From assembly GCA_035714165.1 (NCBI GenBank), contig DASTMN010000021.1, forward strand, positions 6,399 to 70,398: a stretch of DNA of 64,000 bases, written 5' to 3'. Position 1 is the stretch's first letter, and every line of letters begins with the position of its first letter. The notes beneath the pieces were generated by a model, which was given only the letters and a program-made list of their open reading frames with translations, had not been told where the DNA came from and ran no database searches. Positions 59,490-64,000 of this stretch are shown one piece after another. The translations under genes and the position numbers were made by a program. This DNA comes from Rhizomicrobium sp. GTDB taxonomy: Bacteria > Pseudomonadota > Alphaproteobacteria > Micropepsales > Micropepsaceae.

Positions 59490-59930
59490 TTACGGAGTCC
59501 AGGAAAAATGGCGCCGGGCATGGCCGAATCGGGGATGGACATCATCGGGCGCCACCACCGCCAGTCCTTCGCGCAGATAGAAGCGGCAGGCGCCGCTGTC
59601 CACTGCCGTGGTCAGACGCAACCCCTTGGGACGCATCCGTTTGGCCCGGTCCAGCAGGCACTTGCCCAGTCCCCGGTTCTGGAATGCGGGCGCAATGAAA
59701 AGTTGTTCCAGCAAGTCACCCGCCAGCGCCATAAAGCCGGCAGGAACGCCGTCCACCGTCACGACAAGCACCTCCCAGCCGCCCGCGACCTCGCGCGGCA
59801 AGCGATCACGCAGTTCCATGCGGGTGGCAGGCGACGGCACCGAAACGCCGGTGGAGGCCCAACTGTCGAACCAGATATCGGTCAGCGCCGCCATGTCGGC
59901 GGACGCACAGGGACGAATGGCAATGGTCAT
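59490..59930 (-). CDS. GNAT-family N-acetyltransferase
   Basis: L..LFIAP.FQNRGLGK.LL acetyl-CoA loop, A.RFY.R.G; start overlaps the rodA stop. Confidence 0.85.
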   Translation of the reverse strand: MTIAIRPCASADMAALTDIWFDSWASTGVSVPSPATRMELRDRLPREVAGGWEVLVVTVDGVPAGFMALAGDLLEQLFIAPAFQNRGLGKCLLDRAKRMRPKGLRLTTAVDSGACRFYLREGLAVVAPDDVHPRFGHARRHFSWTP

Positions 59931-61084
59931 CAGATGATGCCGCCGGAATGGCGGGGAATCTCCACCTGCCGGTGGATATGCACGCTCATCAGCAGCCCGA
60001 AGCCGAACATCACCGTCAGCATGGCGCTGCCGCCATAGGACAGCAGCGGCATGGGAATGCCCACCACCGGGATCAGGCCCATCACCATCAGGCCGTTGAT
60101 CATGATGTAGAAGAAGAAGTTGAGGGTGATGCCCATCGCCAGCAGGCGGCCGAACTGGCTGCGGGCGCTGGTCGCCATCTGCACGCCATAGAACAGCACG
60201 GTGGCGAACAGGATCAGCAGCGCCACAGTGCCGACAAAGCCGAACTCCTCGGCGAAGTTGGTGAAGATGAAATCGGTCTGCTTTTCCGGCAGGAAGTTGA
60301 GGCGGCTCTGGGTGCCTTCCAGGAAGCCCTTGCCGCTGACGCCGCCCGACCCGATGGCGATCTTGGACTGGGTGATGTTCCAGCCCGCGCCCAGCGCGTC
60401 CGCCTCCGGGTTCAGGAAGGTCTCGACCCGCGCCTTTTGATAGTCATGCAGCAGGAACTCCCAGGCCAGCGGAATCGCCGCCGCCACCGCCGCCAGGGTG
60501 GGCGCGATCCAGTACCAGGACAGGCCCGCCAGGAACAGCAGCGCGCAGCCATCCATGATGATGATCAGGGTGGTGCCCAGGTTGGGCTGCAACAGCACGA
60601 AGATGGCGGGAATGCCGATCATGGCCAGGCCGATGGCCAGCGGGCCGGGCCGGGAAACCTCTTCGAGGCTCTTGCCGTGCAGGTAGCGGGCCAGCGCCAA
60701 CACCAGCCCGATCTTCATCAGTTCGGACGGCTGCAGGTCCACGCCGCCCAGGCTGATCCAGCGCTGCGCGCCCAGTCCCATATGGCCCGCCACATCCACC
60801 GCGATCAGCAGCGCCAGCGCCACGCCATAGGCGGGATAGGCCAGGCTCATCCAGATGCGGATGTCTATGCAGGCCACGGTTATCAGCACGCCCAGCCCCA
60901 GCGCGAAGCGGATCATCTGCGGCAGCGCCCAGGGGCGCAGGTGCCCGCCCGCCACCGAATAGAGCATCATGAAACCGGCACAGGCCAGAAGGGTGATCAG
61001 CAGCACCAGGCCCCAGTTGATCTCCAGCAGCTTGTCGGCGACCGACAAGGTACGCTTGGCGGCGGCATAGGGACGGAGCGCCAT
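59930..61084 (-). CDS. rodA: Rod shape-determining SEDS glycosyltransferase RodA
   Basis: GAQRW, QPSE..K, QPNLGT, YQKARV, QS.IAIGSGG, PEKQTDFIF, P..SYGGS motifs. Confidence 0.95.
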   Translation of the reverse strand: MALRPYAAAKRTLSVADKLLEINWGLVLLITLLACAGFMMLYSVAGGHLRPWALPQMIRFALGLGVLITVACIDIRIWMSLAYPAYGVALALLIAVDVAGHMGLGAQRWISLGGVDLQPSELMKIGLVLALARYLHGKSLEEVSRPGPLAIGLAMIGIPAIFVLLQPNLGTTLIIIMDGCALLFLAGLSWYWIAPTLAAVAAAIPLAWEFLLHDYQKARVETFLNPEADALGAGWNITQSKIAIGSGGVSGKGFLEGTQSRLNFLPEKQTDFIFTNFAEEFGFVGTVALLILFATVLFYGVQMATSARSQFGRLLAMGITLNFFFYIMINGLMVMGLIPVVGIPMPLLSYGGSAMLTVMFGFGLLMSVHIHRQVEIPRHSGGII

Positions 61085-63018
61085 CAGCCGCCCTCCTTCG
61101 CAGGAACGGGCTGCACCGCGCTCTGGCGGCTGGGCGTGGCAGGCGCGATTTCCGCTGCCGTCACCGGATAGGCGGTGGGCAGGCGCGACGGATCGCGCTG
61201 CTGGCAGAACAGCAGGATGTCGCGGGCGAAGCTCACATTGGGATGGGCGGGCACCGCGCCATGCTCGATCAGGGTGACGATGGCGTATTTAGGATCGTTG
61301 ACCGGCGCATAGGCGACATAGAGCGCATGGTCGCGCATCTTCCATTCCAGGTTTTCATTCCGGGTCAGGCCGCGCGCGCGTTCCTCACGGCTGAAGCGGC
61401 GCACCTGGGCGGTGCCGGTCTTGCCCGCCATCTCGAAACCCGGCTGGGTGATGCGCCAGGAATAGGCGGTGCCGCCCGGCACGTTGCAGACCATGTTGAG
61501 GCCCTGCCGCACGCTTGCCAGCACATCTTCCGACAAGCCCAGGCTGGGCGCCTGCGGCCGCGCGAAACGCCGGTCGCCCACCGAATGGACCAGGCGCGGG
61601 CTGACCGCCTTGCCGCCGGCGATGCGGGCGATCATGGTGCAGAGCTGCAAGGGCGTCACCGTGACATACCCCTGGCCGATGCCGACACTGATCGTGTCGC
61701 CCTGCTGCCAGCCCCATTTGTAGGTTTTCTGCTTCCATTCCCGGCTGGGGATCAGGCCGGTGCGCTCGCCCGGCAGTTCGATGCCGGTGGCCTCGCCCAG
61801 GCCCAGGCGGCGGGCCATTTCCTCGATCCTGTCGATACCCAGCCGGCGCGCCGTCTCCGCGAAAAAGACGTTGCAACTGTGCTGCAAGGCCCCCTGCACA
61901 TCCAGCGTGCCGTGACCGCCCTTTTTCCAGCAATGGAAGGCGTTGCCGCCGAAATTGTAAACGCCGGTGCAGGTCACGCGAAAATCGGGTGTGGCGATGC
62001 CCGCCTCCACCGCCGCCAGGGCCACAGCCGGCTTGAAGGTGGAGCCGGGTGGGTAGGTGCCGCCCATCACCTTGTTCAGCAGCGGCTTGTGATCGTCGGT
62101 GGTCAGGTCGCGCCACTGTGCGCCCGTCAGGCCGACATTGAACCAGTTGGGATCGAAGCCCGGCGTGGAGGCCAGCGCGATCACATCGCCATTGTGCACA
62201 TCCATCACCACGCAGGCGGCGCTTTCCTCGCCCAGCGTCTCGGCCACCTTCTGCTGCACCTGCCGGTCCAGGGTGAGATAGACATCCTCGCCCATCACCC
62301 CGGCATTCTTGCCCAGCTCACGGATGATGCGGCCAAAGGCGTTGACCTCGACGCGGGACGCCCCGGCGCTGCCGCGCACCAGGGTGTCGTATTCCTTTTC
62401 GACGCCGCGCTTGCCGATCCGCATCCCCGGCATGCTCATCAGGGGATCCTTGTCCTCCTCCTGCTCCTTGGGCGAAACGGCGGCGACATAGCCCAGCACA
62501 TGCACCATCTCCTTGCCGAAGGGATAATCGCGGCTTTCGCCCACATCCGGCTGCACCCCCGGCAGATAGGGCAGATGCAGGTTCACGCGGGAGAATTCCT
62601 CCCAGGTCAGGTTCTCGGCCACCGGCACCGGCACGAACTTCTTGTTGGCGGCGATGTCGCGCAGCACCTTCCTGCGCTGCTGCGGCGTGATCAGGATGAC
62701 CTTGGAAATGGTGTCCAGCGCCTTGTCCACGCCCTCGCTGGCCTGTTCGGCCACGATCAGGACGCGGTAGTTGCGGCGGTTGTTCGCCAGTTCCACGCCG
62801 AAACGGTCGATGATGCGGCCGCGCGGCGGCGCGATCAGGCGCTCGGAGACGCGGTTGTCCTCCGCCGCCACGCGGTATTCCTCGCCCTCGCGCACCTGAA
62901 GCTGGTAGAGCCGCCCGCCCAGCACCGCAAAGATGGCGGCCATGCCGCCCCCCATGCCCACCGAGCGGCGGGTGAAGGTGGCGTAACGGCTCTTGTCCTT
63001 CTTGTCGAACAACGGCAT
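61084..63018 (-). CDS. mrdA: Penicillin-binding protein 2
   Basis: N-terminal TM, PPRG.I.DR, PPGSTFK (SxxK), SCN, KTGTAQ motifs. Confidence 0.95.
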   Translation of the reverse strand: MPLFDKKDKSRYATFTRRSVGMGGGMAAIFAVLGGRLYQLQVREGEEYRVAAEDNRVSERLIAPPRGRIIDRFGVELANNRRNYRVLIVAEQASEGVDKALDTISKVILITPQQRRKVLRDIAANKKFVPVPVAENLTWEEFSRVNLHLPYLPGVQPDVGESRDYPFGKEMVHVLGYVAAVSPKEQEEDKDPLMSMPGMRIGKRGVEKEYDTLVRGSAGASRVEVNAFGRIIRELGKNAGVMGEDVYLTLDRQVQQKVAETLGEESAACVVMDVHNGDVIALASTPGFDPNWFNVGLTGAQWRDLTTDDHKPLLNKVMGGTYPPGSTFKPAVALAAVEAGIATPDFRVTCTGVYNFGGNAFHCWKKGGHGTLDVQGALQHSCNVFFAETARRLGIDRIEEMARRLGLGEATGIELPGERTGLIPSREWKQKTYKWGWQQGDTISVGIGQGYVTVTPLQLCTMIARIAGGKAVSPRLVHSVGDRRFARPQAPSLGLSEDVLASVRQGLNMVCNVPGGTAYSWRITQPGFEMAGKTGTAQVRRFSREERARGLTRNENLEWKMRDHALYVAYAPVNDPKYAIVTLIEHGAVPAHPNVSFARDILLFCQQRDPSRLPTAYPVTAAEIAPATPSRQSAVQPVPAKEGG

Positions 63019-63554
63019 CAGATGTCGCTCCGCATGGGACCGACGATGCGGTGATGAATCGCGCCCACCAGCATGGCGGCGGGCACATAGAACAGGACGG
63101 TGACCGCCAGTTCGCTGAGGATGGGCGCCAGCAGCGGCAGCCGCCAGTACAGCGCACCGATGACGAAATAGGCGCAGGCGCAGGTGACCGAGGCGGCGGC
63201 GGCGAACCCGACCACGGCGGCCGCGCCCGACAGGCCCGCGAAGCTGTCGCGCTGGCGCGCCACCAGCACATAGGTCAGCACGAAAGACAGCGTCCAGACG
63301 CCGGGCGGGCCGCCCGACAGCAGGTCCTCAAAAAAGCCGATCACCAGCGTGGCGGCCGGTGTCATCAGGTCGGGCCGCACCAGGCACCAGAAATAGACCG
63401 GCACCAGCGCCAGCAGTGGCGGCGGCACCAGCCCCCCCAGCAGCGAAACCGGAATATTGGCGATCACAACGCCCGCCAGGCCGCAGAACAGCGGCACCAG
63501 CGCCACCAGATATTTCAGGCGGGTCGGCGTGGCGCTGCGGTCCAGAGTGGTCAT
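63018..63554 (-). CDS. mreD: Rod shape-determining protein MreD
   Basis: P.L.L..VYFW...RPD, G...DLL.G.P.G motifs; lies between mreC and mrdA. Confidence 0.85.
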   Translation of the reverse strand: MTTLDRSATPTRLKYLVALVPLFCGLAGVVIANIPVSLLGGLVPPPLLALVPVYFWCLVRPDLMTPAATLVIGFFEDLLSGGPPGVWTLSFVLTYVLVARQRDSFAGLSGAAAVVGFAAAASVTCACAYFVIGALYWRLPLLAPILSELAVTVLFYVPAAMLVGAIHHRIVGPMRSDI

Positions 63555-63557
63555 GGC

Positions 63558-64000
63558 CTACTCCACGCTTCCTGCTTCATCCCCGGACGCGGCAGGCGCG
63601 GCGGCAGGCTTTGCGGTGGACGGCTTCGGCGTGGCGGCGGTGATGGTGGCGGGCGCCGCCTGTGGCGGCGGCACATGCGGCTTGAGGCCCGCCGCCTCGG
63701 CGGGAAGCTGGGCGGTGGGCGGCAGTTCCTCTGGCGGGGCGGAGAAGTTGAGGATCTCCACGTCCTGGCTTGCGGCGGGATCGGCCAGCAGCGCCACGCG
63801 CCAGCCAGCGCCATCGGCCACCACCGTGCCGATGGGAAGCCCGGCCGGCAGCAGCCCGCCATCGCCCGAACTGGTGACCTGATCGCCCGCATGCAGCGTG
63901 ACGGTGCCCGGCACCATCGCCAGGGTCGGCATGGCGGTATTGTCGCCGGTCATGATCGCCTGCACCGCATTGCCCCGGTTGACCGAACTGGCGATGGAGA
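63558..64000 (-). CDS. mreC: Rod shape-determining protein MreC (C-terminal part; 5' end outside window)
   Basis: Frame is open to the window edge; GD.V.SSG.GG..P.GLPIG motif, Pro/Ala-rich tail; operon position. Confidence 0.85.
   Translation of the reverse strand, partial: SIASSVNRGNAVQAIMTGDNTAMPTLAMVPGTVTLHAGDQVTSSGDGGLLPAGLPIGTVVADGAGWRVALLADPAASQDVEILNFSAPPEELPPTAQLPAEAAGLKPHVPPPQAAPATITAATPKPSTAKPAAAPAASGDEAGSVE

Overview
High-GC (roughly two-thirds G+C) alphaproteobacterial chromosomal segment; podJ, mreC-mreD-mrdA-rodA, TIGR02186 and EcfG/CtrA/LexA-type motifs support that assignment, but I cannot fix the exact taxon. It holds about 58 mostly intact genes and one tRNA-Lys(CTT). I found no transposase, integrase, prophage or CRISPR array. 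Main blocks: TetR-HlyD-ABC efflux operon; desaturase; M20 peptidase; NDH-2 plus PQQ/cytochrome c dehydrogenase; sugar-acid MFS/SDR pair; copper-acquisition-type operon (DUF2946 RAPP leader, TonB receptor, copper-uptake-associated lipoprotein, a free-standing RNA polymerase alpha-CTD-like gene, PCuAC, mntP); exported cupin plus Tat enolase-family enzyme; thiolase-CAP-podJ-tauE-TIGR02186; lhr-pdeM; an approximately 12 kb block with three exact GGAAC-N17-CGTT (sigma-EcfG-type) promoters in front of a Crp/Fnr regulator, otsB-GH15-otsA and gnd-zwf-pgl-GH15-polyP glucokinase; maeB with two tandem GT41 TPR glycosyltransferases; and the elongasome operon. Most notable signals: the alpha-CTD-like gene inside the copper operon, the hairpin burying the mntP start codon, a TetR operator built from GANTC methylation sites, the EcfG-driven trehalose/polyP/pentose-phosphate island, and His-to-Gln active-site variants in both GT41 paralogs. 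All family calls come from motif recognition by eye; no database search was run.
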